DNA of 63,795 nt, filler included, from Hausera hauseri (taxonomy: Eukaryota): assembly GCA_046269625.1 (NCBI GenBank). It is 12 parts of 12 records of this genome, joined end to end, with 100 filler letters (N's around TTAATTAATTAA, not from the genome) between each part and the next. Parts side by side here need not be neighbours in the genome. Positions count along the whole stretch, not along the records: positions 44,618 to 50,188 come from JBJURY010228518.1; positions 50,289 to 54,243 come from JBJURY010860743.1; positions 54,344 to 59,574 come from JBJURY010303166.1; positions 59,675 to 63,795 come from JBJURY010748876.1; 8 more parts are not named here. One strand, written 5' to 3'. The translations under genes were made by a program, and so were the position numbers. This document shows positions 49,226 through 62,299 of this stretch, piece by piece. Position 1 is the stretch's first letter. The number at the start of each line of letters is the position of its first letter. Under the pieces are notes generated by a model that searched no databases, was not told the DNA's origin, and worked only from the letters and a program-made list of their open reading frames with translations.

Positions 49226-51010
49226 TATTTGATGAAACCAATCCCATTTCAATACAGTATGGTCTTTCCCCATTGGAATCGTCAGATCTCATTTGCTTAC
49301 CAGAAATATTAATCGCACACGCAATGGATAACGAAGATCATCTAAGTACCGCAATCGAAATGATAAATACTCAAAATATCAAAAATGAGCGAAATGTTTA
49401 TTACTTGTATGAAAAAGATATAAAGCCAAATCGACATGAGAAAAGCCAAAGTAATAAAATGAAGTTAGGCGAAACAGACATTGATGATTTCATGGAGAAC
49501 TCTCAAGGTAAAAAGGTGCTGAAAAGTGATGGTGGCTGAGATTGTATAGCCGTGCAGAATAGTACAGATATCAATATTGAGCGCGGAAGAAACACATAGT
49601 TCTATACAAAATTAGACCGATAGACAGGTAAACAATGCATATTTTCATACGATACAAGCAGATGATAATTCCCATTCGAACATCTATGAAAATACACTGG
49701 AACCAGATCAAGATGTAATGCTGAAGTTAAAAAAAGATATTAAAAGGAATGATAATCAGTTATATAGAGACAACAATGAAAAGAGGGTCGAAGAAACTTG
49801 TCTGGAAAATGGGTATTTTTATCCTATTTTCGAATGGTACACAAGCGATAAACACGAATCTCCTGATTCTGATAAAATCAAAATCAAATCTGGGTTTTGT
49901 GAAAATGAAGAATTGGTCAAAGGACATACGGATAAATTTATTGACGAGGAAGAAATCAGAATTGTTACGGCTAGCATGGACAATTTCCAATCGATTAGGC
50001 TGTCAAACGCGCCTGTTGGTAATTTGTGTGCCACCTGTGACAGTATATATTCTACTTGTGGACCTTTCGTTTATAAATTATTTGTTACTGCAAAATCAGA
50101 TAACTTTGCATTAACAAAAATAATTGGGCCACAGGTCGATGAAGCTCAGAAATTTATTAAATGTTTCTGTTCAATTACTGAAACTGTTNNNNNNNNNNNN
50201 NNNNNNNNNNNNNNNNNNNNNNNNNNNNNNNNTTAATTAATTAANNNNNNNNNNNNNNNNNNNNNNNNNNNNNNNNNNNNNNNNNNNNTTTAATGTTTAA
50301 TTTTACTAGTTTATGTATTTTAATTTATTTACAATTTTAATCTACTTTAAATGTTGATTTGTTTAAATTTACAAATGTAATCAATATCCCATGTATTGCG
50401 TTTCGCGCATACATGTGAAGAATCAGTGCTATCAACAGATGGAGAAATATTACAACGCAGGAGAAAACGACACGTATGTGTGTCTAGCATGCAATATTCA
50501 AATGCACTGTCCGTACGCCGACTTTTATGAGGTGCACAAGCATCAACTTGGTTCGCTTACTCGGTCTAAGAAAACGATGGTTGATCACTGCTCCACATAC
50601 CCGCACCACAACGCTGCACAATAAAGAGGCATACGTTTGTCCCGGTTGTTTTTCAATAGTTTCTGAAATCAGTTATGAATAATTTTATAATCTACTTAAA
50701 GACCATTTAAAGCAGTTCAAACGGCCGAAAAAACAACTAGTTATGGACTCAACCAGCAGAAGTATCCCTTCAACAACCAGTAAGAAACGTCAGGCCTCAA
50801 CATATCTTGGCGAATTAATCGAAAGCATTACCGAGCAACAGCAGCAGCAAGAGGAGCAGCAAGAACAAGAACCAGAACAACAACAACAACAAGAGGTGCA
50901 ACAGAATGCCAATATTTCCAATATTACAGTCAAGTACGATCTGAACAGATCGTACATGGACATAAAAGCGAACATGTCGGCGAAAACAACATAAACAACG
51001 CAATTGAGAC

Positions 51011-54000
51011 ATGTTCCACAAAATGTGCGCAACCGGTTGGAATCAGAAGTGGAGAAATTCCAACACCACCACCACCATCACTGCAAAGTGTAATATTATG
51101 CTCTTGAAGAATTTGAAAATTTGGAAGGTGACAGGAAACAATGGTACCTGTCACATCGAGCTGTACCATATGTCAATGATTTTAGGGCCGTCGTAAGCGA
51201 AAAGCTCGAGGAGAAAATCGCCAACTATACCGAAAAGGGTAGTGGATGGCGAATTATAAAAATTGTCTTCCTCGGCTTTATCATAACAAAGTCGAGTGAT
51301 ATAATATATTTGAACTATTATTTATACCGAGACCTGCAGCTCCGAAGCAGTCTCTTGCGGTAATGAATATAAAAAATACTCACCAAGAATACCGTTTTCT
51401 TTACAGTATTCTGGTGGTATTGAAATATGATGAAGTTTACAGCCATAGTGAATCTCCTCCAAAACAGTAGTAGAAATATTTTTCCGATTTGGATTTTGAT
51501 GATAGCTGGATGCTGATGAAACTGAAAGCTATTCCGGCTTTTGAACGGCGTAATCCAACAGTGACAATCAACATGTTTCGGTAAAACATAATCGTAGAAA
51601 ATCTCCGGATGAAGAAATTTATAAAAATCCTCATGTTGATATAATCTATCGTAGTCGGAACTAAAATGGTCGCTCCATAAATTTGTTGCTACTGGAACAA
51701 AACGAAAAGTACCATTCCGTTGCAGTGAAGAATCTGAACAGACTGCTGAACATGGAGCATGACCATTTCCTCCAAAATTGGATACAGTGTAAATGGTGTC
51801 CTGTATATCTTCACGGATTCAGATCAGAAAGAACATGGAAGAAACATGTGACTCTGTGCAGACAAAATTCATCAGGTAGCACAATGTATGTCATGCCCGT
51901 CAAAAAGGAACTCAGCTTCACAGACTGGTCAAAAATAGACAATTCGGTATATGTATATATGCTGATATTGAATCTTTCTTACCACGGCACAGCATATATG
52001 ACCAAAAGTATGTTCCAATCACCGTCGGTATGTTTGTTGTCCCAATAAAAGCCGCAGATCAACCTCAATATTATGTTTTCCACAGATGGAATTAATTACG
52101 TGATTTCTTGCAGCAGTTGCAAACCATAGTAAAAACTTAAATCGCACCGTCTATTGCGATAACAGCACCATCAAACCTCTAATCTGGGCAGATGAAGATG
52201 AATGCCTGACATTTGCAGACACAGATAAATGTTACCTGTGCCACAAAATATTACCGTTTGAGGCACAGGAACAGCTCGTAGAGGATCACGATCATTTTAC
52301 CTGTAGATATCGCGGCGCTGCGTGTAATTCATGCAATTTGGCAAGGCGTGTGCGGCCATGCCTACTGGTGGTATTTCATAACTTCACGGGTTATGATTGT
52401 CACCATATTTTGAAATGGGCAATAAACAGATTTCCGCACTTGGAACTATCCTTAATTCCGCCTACAATGAAGAAATATTTGTCACTCTCTGTACGTATAA
52501 ACCGGTTTCAGGTACAATTCCTTGATTCGCTGCAATTTCTCAATGAATCTGTGGTAAAGCTGGCGAATGCCTTGCCAGATGTGCCGCCAACAAAGACTTG
52601 GTTCCCTGTACATATTGCACGTAGCAAAGTCATATTCCCGCATGCCTTTGCGATATCGTACGAGCGGCTCCAGACGACAGATGAATTACCACCGCAATAG
52701 CCCGGTATCACAGGAGATGAATACCACAGAGCGCAGTCGTTTCGGACAGAGCTCGGCTGTAGAAACCTGCTGGAGTATATGCTTCACTATCTGAAATTGG
52801 ATGTATACCTGTTAGTCGATGTGTTTTAGACATTTCAAGCTAAAGCGTTGACAGAAGATATGCTGGAGCCGCTCAACTTTTACTCAATACCCGGAATGAG
52901 TTGGGCATCAGGTCTAATGTCACTGGATCGGAATATCGAGCTGTTCCAATACCCAGAAATGTACCGAATGTTTGATGTTGATATTCATGGCGGCATGACG
53001 TTCGTCAACAAGCACCACGTAACCAGTGATGATACCACATCACTGTTGTATATTGACATTAATAAGCTATACGGCTAGGCGATTTCGCAACCTTTGTCGT
53101 ACGGTTCATTCGAATGGGTAGTTGATAAACAGGACCTGGGCACATTATTGGAAAATCTGCCGAGAGCAGATACGACAGAAAACAGCTCCATCGTGTACCT
53201 GATGGAAGTCGATCTCGTGATACCAGATGAGCTGCATGACTTTCTGAATGAACTGCCAGTCGCATTAATCAGCCAATGTCTGCCGGGCTCGAAGGTGAAG
53301 AAGCTGATTATGATTTATGAACCTAAACAAAACTACATAGTTCATTGGCGTCTGTTGCAATTTTACATGCAGTTGGGTGTACGCGTCGCACGTCTACATC
53401 GCGCAATCCGATTCGCACAGGCTCGGATTTTCAAGCCGTATATCAGTCAGAATTTAGAAAAACGAGCTGCACCTTGTACGAAGTTTGAAAAAGACTATTA
53501 CAAACTGGAAAACAATTCTCTATGCGGAAAACAGTAGAGAATCTGAAAAAGCGGCTCAATGTACGCCTGTTCAATAGCGAAAAGCGATTGGTCACATACA
53601 CGAGCAAGGCGCAGTTCAGGAGATCAATGCACATTGCTGATGGATTGGTTGCCATGCTTTCAAACAGGGAAAAAGTCGTACTGGACTGGCCAAGTTATAT
53701 AGGACAAGTGGTATTGAATCTGAGCAAGTTGTGGATGTATGAGCTGTAGTGTCGCGATTTGACACGTTACCGGAAAATGTTCTGTGGCAGTGGCGGATGC
53801 CAGATCAGTATAATTGCCGGTGAGGCAAGTAGTTTTTTCTTGGAACTGGGAAACGTAAATCACGAACAACTATTGCGGAAAATGATGGCAGACGGATTAC
53901 TGTACATGTCCGATTACCCACAGAATCATCCATTGTACAGCGACGCCATCACAAACAAAATCTGCTGCTTCAAGGGTGAAATTGAAAGTCGGCTTCAATA

Positions 54001-54243
54001 TCGGGAATGGGGATGTCTACGGCCAGAATGCTACAGCCTTTTAACTGACTGTGGGCCGAAAATGCGAACCAAAGGAGTTCAGTTGGCTCAGCGGAAACAA
54101 ACCACTGTGATTATCGCCGTATCTATGAAGAAGGACAATCAAAGGCTGTTGTGTCACAAACGATCATCCGATCAATTGAGAAACAGCTGTATACAGTGAC
54201 CAATACAAAAGTCGCTTTATCATGCAATGATGATAAGCGTAAG
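51011..54243 (+). mobile_element. Polinton/Maverick (adintovirus-like) protein-primed DNA polymerase B, pseudogenised
   Basis: EKGSGW, CYLC..DHDHFT..YRGAACNSCNL, FHNFTGYD, FLDSLQFL, YLKLDVYLL, IHGG, YIDINKLYG*A, KLENNSLCGK, LRPECYS, KGV and LSCNDDKR, in canonical order with many stops. Confidence 0.92.
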
Positions 54244-54343
54244 NNNNNNNNNNNNNNNNNNNNNNNNNNNNNNNNNNNNNNNNNNNNTTAATTAATTAAN
54301 NNNNNNNNNNNNNNNNNNNNNNNNNNNNNNNNNNNNNNNNNNN

Positions 54344-54420
54344 ATATCTCTTACTGTTGTCATTATCGTAGCGGATAAACAATCTTGGCAACGAGCATTC
54401 GATATTGCTCGTCAAGGATT
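54344..54420. repeat. 77-nt exact direct repeat at the start of contig 11 (copy at 59498-59574)
   Basis: Base-for-base identical: ATATCTCTTACTG...CGTCAAGGATT. Confidence 0.97.
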
Positions 54421-55720
54421 CCAATTACGAATTGTTGCCATAGATGCACCACTTATCAAACCATATGGATTACTAGGTCATTGGGCGAATGACGTCAGTA
54501 ACGATTGGCTGACGAAATTCGTCAGTATTATCAAATCACTCCATCGAATAATGGCAGCGTTGTTAATGAACGGTGAGTATCGTCGACATCTGCAATCAGA
54601 TGAGGCCGATTGTCTATTGGATCAGACATGACAAATGATCGTATTCTATAGTCAATAGGCCAATAACATGTTGATTCGTAATGGATCTGTACCGTACATT
54701 CTCACACAACAAATGAAATCTATTTCATTATTCAGTGAAATGTTCGATCGTGATTTACAACTCGTACAACAAATGGCAGTATTGATGTTGCCGGATCCGT
54801 TTCTGTTGAAGGTTATTCATAAGTTCGACTTGGGGCAACTTATTGAAGGAGATTGCAGTAAACGGGACAAGAAACTGTAACTGCAGCGTGCAGAAGCCTC
54901 CCTACAGCTGCTCATTACGACGTTATTTCATCGACATCGAATTGCAATTGGTAATGATTTGACTGTAGAGAAGATCTATGAGAATATTTTATTGCATTTG
55001 CTATACATTAAACCCATGTTACACATTAAAATGATGAAGAAATTGCCACTTTGCCCACAGAAATATCCCAAAAATCGCCTATTGGATATGATCAATCGAA
55101 TATCCGATCAAACTCGACAAGCCCAAGTCATCATATTCAGTGCTAAACGGCAACTTATTGCCGATCAGTTCAATCGATTCAATCCCATTTATTCACTGCA
55201 GGATCGAAATGAAACCGATTTATACGCACAGAATTTGCTGAAAAAGAACAGCAATCCGTATACGATTGTCATACCGCAACCGGTCTTGCTCACTGACGAT
55301 TTCTACAGTCTTTATCGCTATTTTTTCTGTCCGGTATTTGTTGACATATTGAAACGATTTGTACAAATTATAGCAATTTGTTGTAATTGGGACATGTGGA
55401 ACGACACGATATTGGATATGGTTCTTTATCTGATCAATGGGGCGTTATTGGAGGACGTTTCCCGATTGAATGGCAATTGTCCGTTATTTATTGATACGTC
55501 TGGTAATACTGATGATTCGGTAAGTATTATCGGCGATTTGGAATTGCTCTGTGATAAAATAACTGATGAACAACAGTTGAAATTGGTTAAGTTGACAATT
55601 AAGAAATGGCAGGAAGTACGTCATAGACGGACTGTCGGAGGAGATACAGGAGCAGAATGTAATACACAGGACTGCGCAATGGATATTGACGGTAACAACG
55701 TTATGAATGTTAGCCAGTCC
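54344..55720 (+). pseudogene. UBR1/UBR2 internal fragment, part 2
   Basis: DVS...VSIIKSLHRIMAAL, RNG...EMFDRDLQLVQ...PDPFL...KFDL, LLHLLYIKPMLH...KKLP, FNPIY, LDMVLYLI..ALLED. In-frame stops at about 54629 and 54878. Confidence 0.85.
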
Positions 55721-55899
55721 AAATTAGCCAAAGCCGGTGGGGCAAAACGACGAGTTCCACCGCATGGACCACAGCTAGCGGGACACGTATCCTCCGCAGG
55801 TGTCATCCATTCCTGTTACAGCAGTCCATTTTCAATGTCGCAAATAGTTTGCAGGTCAACAGAGAAACCGCTAATTCGGCAACCGAGTGAAAAGCAAAG

Positions 55900-55992
55900 A
55901 CGAATTCAGGACAATCATGCTCCAAGTGTTCGACCACGATATACTACTGCTACCCGTGGTCCCAAGGACGTGGTTGTTATTATAGATTGTAG
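55900..55992 (+). pseudogene. Short fragment resembling the VWA_N/VWA junction of calcium-channel alpha2-delta/CACHD1 proteins
   Basis: RPRYTTATRGPKDVVVIIDCS compared with RPWYIQ.A.SPKD.VILVD.S. Confidence 0.5.
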
Positions 55993-56284
55993 CCTAAATA
56001 TGCCTATATGTAGCCTAAATATAGTTCGGTTTATCCCGCTATATAATTACAGACCAAGGTCCTTAATTTGAATTGAACCTATTTAAGGCTTTAGTTAATC
56101 GACTGTGCATAAATCACATACACAATTCCATACCATCCCCAGTCGAACGGTTTATTAGATCGCCTTTATCGCACTCTCAAAATCTCGTTAAAAAACCTTG
56201 CCGAAACTCATACGAATTGGACAACGATCCTCCCCTTTGTTTTACTCTGGTGGCGCAACACGCCGTCCACTACTTGCTGAAGCA

Positions 56285-56615
56285 ATCTGATACCACAATT
56301 CGTGCACTTTTTGAACTTACCGACTTGGACAACACACCAACTGACGAAACTATTAGGTCCGCACAAAAACATTTCGTCCAGTTAAGCCAGGACTCTGCAA
56401 AATAATACATGGTGACAAAACTTATTTACCTGACTCACTATTCAACGCAAAGTTCGTGTGGCTAAAGAACCTTTCACCTTCCGGATTCCAACCAAGCTAT
56501 TTAGGGCCATTTAAGGTTCTCAATATGACTTCTTACGGTTACAATACTCAAAAACGATAGAGAACAAAACGTGCACGTAACTAACGTGAAGCCTGCATTC
56601 TTCGCTGATGACACC
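56285..56615 (+). mobile_element. CsRn1-like integrase C-terminal fragment
   Basis: IRALFELTDLDNTPTDETIRSAQKHFVQLSQDS..YLPDSLFNAKFVWLK..PSGFQPSYLGPFKV..VHVTNVKPAFF, homologous to 16925-17245 and 38120-38440. Confidence 0.9.
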
Positions 56616-58699
56616 GGAATCCTCAGCCGAGCCCACACAAAACTTTCTTGACTCCAATTCTTCTTCCATTCTACCTACACGATAACCTGCTACTCCAAAT
56701 TCTGCATCAACTCAAAAAGCTACACTAAATGACATACCGACCAGTTCTCAAGCTCAAGCTGCTGGCATGTCAAATCAAGATCTAACTTCATCCCAATCAT
56801 CTTAAAAGGCATTTAAATAAGCCTTTAAACAAAGCAAGACAGTTACTATCAGAAAGTATAGCAGAGAACAAAATATTGATAAGGTTCAACGGCTTGTCCA
56901 CACAAAGACTCAATAGATTACATACACCGTTCTGCTTTGCACATTTGCTTCTTTTACATTCTCGCCTTCAGTGTCACTTTGGTAACGGGGGTAATAAGGT
57001 GCCGCGGGTTCGGGCGTCACCACAATGCCGCAGTTAAGGAGTACAAATCGGTACAATAAATAGGCACATTTATGTTCAGTTTTCCCACGTCCCATCAACA
57101 ACTGAACATCTGCAGGATTGATCTCTTCAGACGCCTTTTTCCCTAACGCAATTAGACAGTCTGGTGAGAGACTGTTGTCAACAACAAAATACCAATGTTA
57201 CACGTTATGCACCCGGCAGACCATAATACGTTCAGTCTATCACCAATCCAGAATACGGAATGTTCTAAATTCGAATCGCCCAGAAGAATCTGATTTTTCA
57301 GATACCAATAGTAATTGCTGCCAGTGTACAGCCTAACATAACGACTATTCTCAGAATAGTCAGTAATGAACAAGGCATAGATTTTATTCTTCCGAACAAA
57401 GTTCATGGAAATGACATTTTTCTAGCATTCTCTTTATCGAACAATACGAAACCTCCGTGACACAATCCGTTTTGTACAATAAATGTTACTTCCAAACCTC
57501 GTTTGGTGCGATAACGCGTAGCGATTAAATTGATTTTTATTTCCAAAACAACCCATTTTCCAATTACAATACGGCTTCGGATGTCGAATATAATTTGCCA
57601 TTTCTGTTAAAAATTTGAACAAGACGAAACTCTGCTGATATATTTTCCTGTAATTGTAATTTGCACACCCAGTTAATTGCAAAATATTCTCCATTGCATT
57701 TTCATGTAATTTCAGCATCGCAATTATCAAAAACAGAAATTCCATCAACGTACTTATTTGTCAATCGAACATTTTGTTGGATTTTCCAAAATATTGTTTT
57801 TTCTTCTCCCAAACAAATTGTCTGTAGTTCAGCGCTACCGAATCTTTGACATTTTATTTCAAATTCCGTAAATAAATCTAATTCAGTGGAGTAAATAGAT
57901 AGTATCAAATACTCCGTTAAAGTTAGAATAAGCGACTCATTTGGCAACAGAAAAATGGCAATATTTTTAGATTCCGTTGTAATTGAAATTTCCTTTTGGC
58001 CAGTATAATTGTAATATGCATTTGTTTCGTAAACGAATTATTGCCGGGATCGCAGATTGGGTTGTCCTACCAATCCGACGTTGTTTTATTGAATAAATTA
58101 ACATAATCATTAACGACAACAAAAAAGAAGTTTCTTGTGATACTGTTACAAAATACATATTTTTGAATTTTAATCAAATGGTGTTGCTTTTGAATATTAA
58201 CGGTTTGGAGATTATCTTTTTGGATCGAAGACTTCGTACGGTGTCATTTAATTTGATCCAATGTGGTCAAAAATGGCACCATGAGGTGGATTAAGTTAAC
58301 TGTAGTCTGGATCATTTAATTGATAAATTTATGAATGGCCTAACTACCCCGCAGAAACTACAATAGTGTCAGAAGCACAGACAATATTCTACTACTTCAT
58401 ACATTTCGGACTGGCTTTGCTATTGGACATTTCAATGCAATGTAAGGTTTGGTGGGTTGCTCATTCTGTGGTTCACGGCACTTTTTACATTTTTATTTCT
58501 TCAAATAATGCTTTGGTAACTGTTGGTGAAGTTAAAACGGAGAATATTTAAAAAAAAAACAGAAAATATATTTAACCCCATTCTTGATACTTTGCTATCC
58601 TTAGTAAACAAGCAAATATTAGCACATAAAGCCATTCAATATGCTCTTATCTTTCAAGGCCCAAAACGGTTGTCTGTATTAATAATTGACAGTGACCTA

Positions 58700-59574
58700 G
58701 GTTTGTTTAAATTGATCATAAAATTCCAATTGGAACAGACGAGTTTCAAATTTTGTTTTTGGAAATTCGACATCCGTCAACTCTGCCGGTATTTTCTGGC
58801 GGATTCGCTCGTTGTCTGTAGCCGTCAGATCCCAATGTCGAAATTTGTCGGGGATTTATTCAATAAACATTGTGAAATGTGGAAAGCGGCACGTCGGGTC
58901 TCAATCAATTTTGTCATGACTACTATATTTAAGGACAACATAATTGAGAAATTGTTTGCATCGGAAGTGATAAAGAATTACAACGTTGTCGTGGATAATT
59001 TCGTTGTTGACCACCACAACGTTGAAGATTCCCTCGTCAGTGTGACATGCCAACCGTTTACAGTCATCAACGTGTGGAAATACTGGAAACACGGTACCCT
59101 CGATATTATCCTCCAGATTGTCTACGAAATGCTCGTCGAACACAGTTGTCCATTACCGATGCACCAGCACGTTAATCAATTCTACAACGAAAACGAAATC
59201 CAAAATAAATGTGCTCCATTCGAACGGCGATTTCGTGCCGTTGACGATACGAATTACATTTTACGGAGTTCGTTGACGGAATGCGATAAAAATAACGATT
59301 ACGATCCATTGGTGATTCAGAGCAATGATTTCAGTGGTGCTTTATTAGACAATTTCCTATCGTATTTCCAGTTACTCGTGGACACATTTTCATTGATCCA
59401 CGATACGAATACGATCGAACGAGTGACGGAGAATCATGTCGAACATTATCCACAATGGAGGACAAATATTATTATCATGTACGATATGATACCGTCAATA
59501 TCTCTTACTGTTGTCATTATCGTAGCGGATAAACAATCTTGGCAACGAGCATTCGATATTGCTCGTCAAGGATT
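58700..59574 (+). pseudogene. UBR1/UBR2 N-recognin E3 ligase internal fragment, part 1 (continues at 54421)
   Basis: DIRQLC..MWKAARR..KLFASEVIKNY...FVVDHH...SLVSVTCQPFTV ... R...NHVEHYPQW compared with UBR1 DFRQIFC..LYKGARK..KLFAMEFVKYY...YISDDH...SITALSVQMFTV. Confidence 0.85.
59498..59574. repeat. 77-nt exact direct repeat at the end of contig 11
   Basis: Identical to 54344-54420. Confidence 0.97.
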
Positions 59575-59949
59575 NNNNNNNNNNNNNNNNNNNNNNNNNN
59601 NNNNNNNNNNNNNNNNNNTTAATTAATTAANNNNNNNNNNNNNNNNNNNNNNNNNNNNNNNNNNNNNNNNNNNNCTACTAATAATAATCATAATAATAAT
59701 ACCACCACTACCGTTGCTGCAACTACAGTTACAACTGCTACTGCTACCCATTACTAATACAGCTGCTGTCGGTTGGCCTTTTCATCATGTCAGACGGTCT
59801 TGAAAGCAGAAAATGCAGGCTGCTGTCCCACGGAACAGCTTCTTTCATGGCTAAACTTACCAATGTTTGATTTAAGATTCTGCCACAATATGAACAGGCT
59901 ACATCTATATTTTCTCCTGCGCCTTTCTGTATACATCTTTTGTCTTCTA

Positions 59950-60360
59950 GCTTGTTGAATAATGCAGTATCGAATGCTGTTTTGCCTATGCCTGCGTAGA
60001 GATGATCTCCATGTCGATCGATTTGCTGCAAGCTTTAACCCAGTTACTACCATCAATTACAAAGTCCCCAACTGATGTTTTATAGACATCTTTATATCTC
60101 ATCTTTGGTCTCCCTCTTGGTCTTGTCCCCTCTGACAATTTGCCCACTAAAATATGCCTAGGAATGCAGCTTTCACTCATTCTATTAATATGTCCCAGCC
60201 ATCTAAGCCTTCAATGCCATGAATGATGGTAGCTTGGTACGCGGAATACTACTGTATTTGTCACTTTGTCTTGCCATCTGATATTCATTATTGTGCGAAG
60301 TAGCGCAGATGAAAGCTGTGGAGACTTTTCTCTTGGCTTGCATAGAATGTCCAAGTTTTA
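59950..60360 (-). mobile_element. RTE (BovB-like) LINE 3' fragment
   Basis: NIRWQDKVTN...LRWLGHIIRM....IPRHIL.G.L..G.RPRGRPKMRYKD. Confidence 0.88.
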
Positions 60361-60699
60361 GACATAAGTACACAGGCTTGGTAAACGATGAGCAAAACTA
60401 CGCATGACAATCACGAAAAAACTTGCTAGCACAACCGAGGGAGCAGTAGAAGGTATACTAAAGAAGTTATACACCAGCCTTGTGAGATCAGCAAAAATAA
60501 CAATGAAAGCAGACCCACTTAATGTCATCCTGACCACTAAACCCATCCAAACTGCAAACATACTTTCCACTTGGAGAAAAAAAGAAGTCATCAGAACTGA
60601 GGGAAAATGTCCCCGGAATTGAAAAGAAGGGCAGCCAGACTGAAAAAGAACGAAAAAAATATAGCCATAACATATAGAGAGGAACGCTACCCAAGCAAT

Positions 60700-61470
60700 T
60701 GTTGGACACACGCTTACACAGATGGATGAACTACAGATGTAATAAAAGATGGAGGTAGATGAATCCTGCTGGAATTACAAAAATGGAGAACAGAAAAAAA
60801 AATTTCATTGGCAACTGGAAAAATATCAAGCAACTTTAAAGCAGAGGCAGTTGCCCTGAAAACTGCATCTAAAGCACTGATGACAGAGGCAAACACCGAA
60901 AGCCAATAGTATTCTTTACAGATGCACTCTCGGTGATAACTTCACTGGAGAGTCAACAAAACAGAGAGCTGAGTGACCTAAGGTAAAAATAGTAAGCTAT
61001 GCTAACAATTCAGTGATCATGCATCGGATCACACTGCAATATAACAGGAAAAGAAGAGACGGACAAACCGGCAAAAGAAAGCAGCAAACTACCTCAGTAA
61101 GACACAAGTGCATCATATGAAGAGGCAAAGAGAATAATTAGGAGCAAACACAGAGACAACTGTGAGAAAGATCAGGCTACAACAAGAATGACGCCTACCA
61201 CCAACCAAACTGAAAAGAACAGAGAACAGGTGACTATATTCCGACTCCGCACAGGGCACAACTGACTTAAGTAATGTTCAATAGATTGAAAATAGGAACC
61301 ACCGATTAATGTGACTGCTGTACTGAGATAATGACAATTGAAAACTTAATGCAGGACTGCCCATTATACCAGAAACAGAGACAGTTCTGTGGCCCTCTCC
61401 AGTGACCGCCCAAGATAAACTATACGGAGGAGCAGATGACCTCAAAATAACAACAGCTGTTTTCTTCCAA
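60700..61470 (+). mobile_element. RNase H-containing LINE (I/Nimb/ingi-like) 3' fragment
   Basis: AYTDG, SSNFKAEAVAL, FFTDALSV, HCNITGKEETD..AK, QVTIFRLRTGH, C.C......LMQDCP, DKLYG. Confidence 0.8.
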
Positions 61471-61489
61471 AAAACAAAAAAAAATATAT

Positions 61490-61975
61490 TCAAGTTGACA
61501 TCTGAAGGCGTTCGATAACGCAGAAGAAAGTTAATCGCAAATATGCCTGGATTGAAAAATGAAAGGATGTAAATTAAATACTTTGCGCTATGCTGACGAC
61601 ACTGTGGAAATAAAACAAACGAAACGGATTTGCCAGAGATGCTAAACACGGAACCATCAGTGTGCAATTTAAAGATAAAACGAATAAAAGTAAAATAAGT
61701 ATAGTAATTCAAATATCTCGGTGCTCTCATAACTTGGGATGGCAGATGTGACAGGAAATCAAAAGTAGAAAAGCATAGGAACAATTAGCATTCCAGCAAA
61801 TGAAAAGCATTTTGTGTACGATAGATCTGTCACTGCAGTAAACAAAGAGAGTCGTGCAGTAGTATATGGAACTTATACTTCTATTTATCACAGCCATATG
61901 GCTGTGATTCTTGGACATTGAGAACAAACTTGAATATTATTGGAAATCAACAGAAATGTTGTTTCTAGCAAAAAT
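61490..61975 (+). mobile_element. RTE LINE RT fragment, degraded
   Basis: LRYADDT, FKYLGALITWDGRC..EIKSR....AFQQMKSIL. Confidence 0.75.
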
Positions 61976-62114
61976 CACGAAAGACTGAGGTTCATGACGA
62001 TCTACGTTTCACCTGATGAGGAAATGCTACTTTACCGAAGGATTAAAAAAGAAGATTCCTTTCATTAAAATGAAAATCTGATGATATTACAAAATAAAAA
62101 GCTAAGTGTAAAGA

Positions 62115-62290
62115 TTACTTACTTACATATCCCCACGACCCCTTTGTGGAGCATAGGTCGTCTACAAGAGCTCTCCAACCGTTCCTGTCCTGCGCCTTTC
62201 TTTCTGGTCTGGTTCCAGATGTAGCAACACTTTTTTGTATCTGCCTCTAAGTTAGGGCGCCGGGTATTACGTGGTCTTCCTACATTTCAC
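62115..62290 (-). mobile_element. RTE LINE extreme 3' end with (TAAG)n tail
   Basis: Minus strand GRPRNTRR..LEAD...AQDRNGWRALVDDLCS followed by gtaagtaagtaa. Confidence 0.75.
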
Positions 62291-62299
62291 TCATACAAG

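Noticed and set aside
5790-59574. Apparent ubiquitin-system cluster (Ulp1, USP34, UBL-Gag, UBR1)
   Set aside because: The pieces lie mostly on separate contigs joined artificially. USP34 and UBR1 are large genes and likely to be sampled by chance.
62005-62042. CTGATGAGG…CCGAAG hammerhead-like core
   Set aside because: GAAA is replaced by GAAG, and no convincing stems I or III were found.
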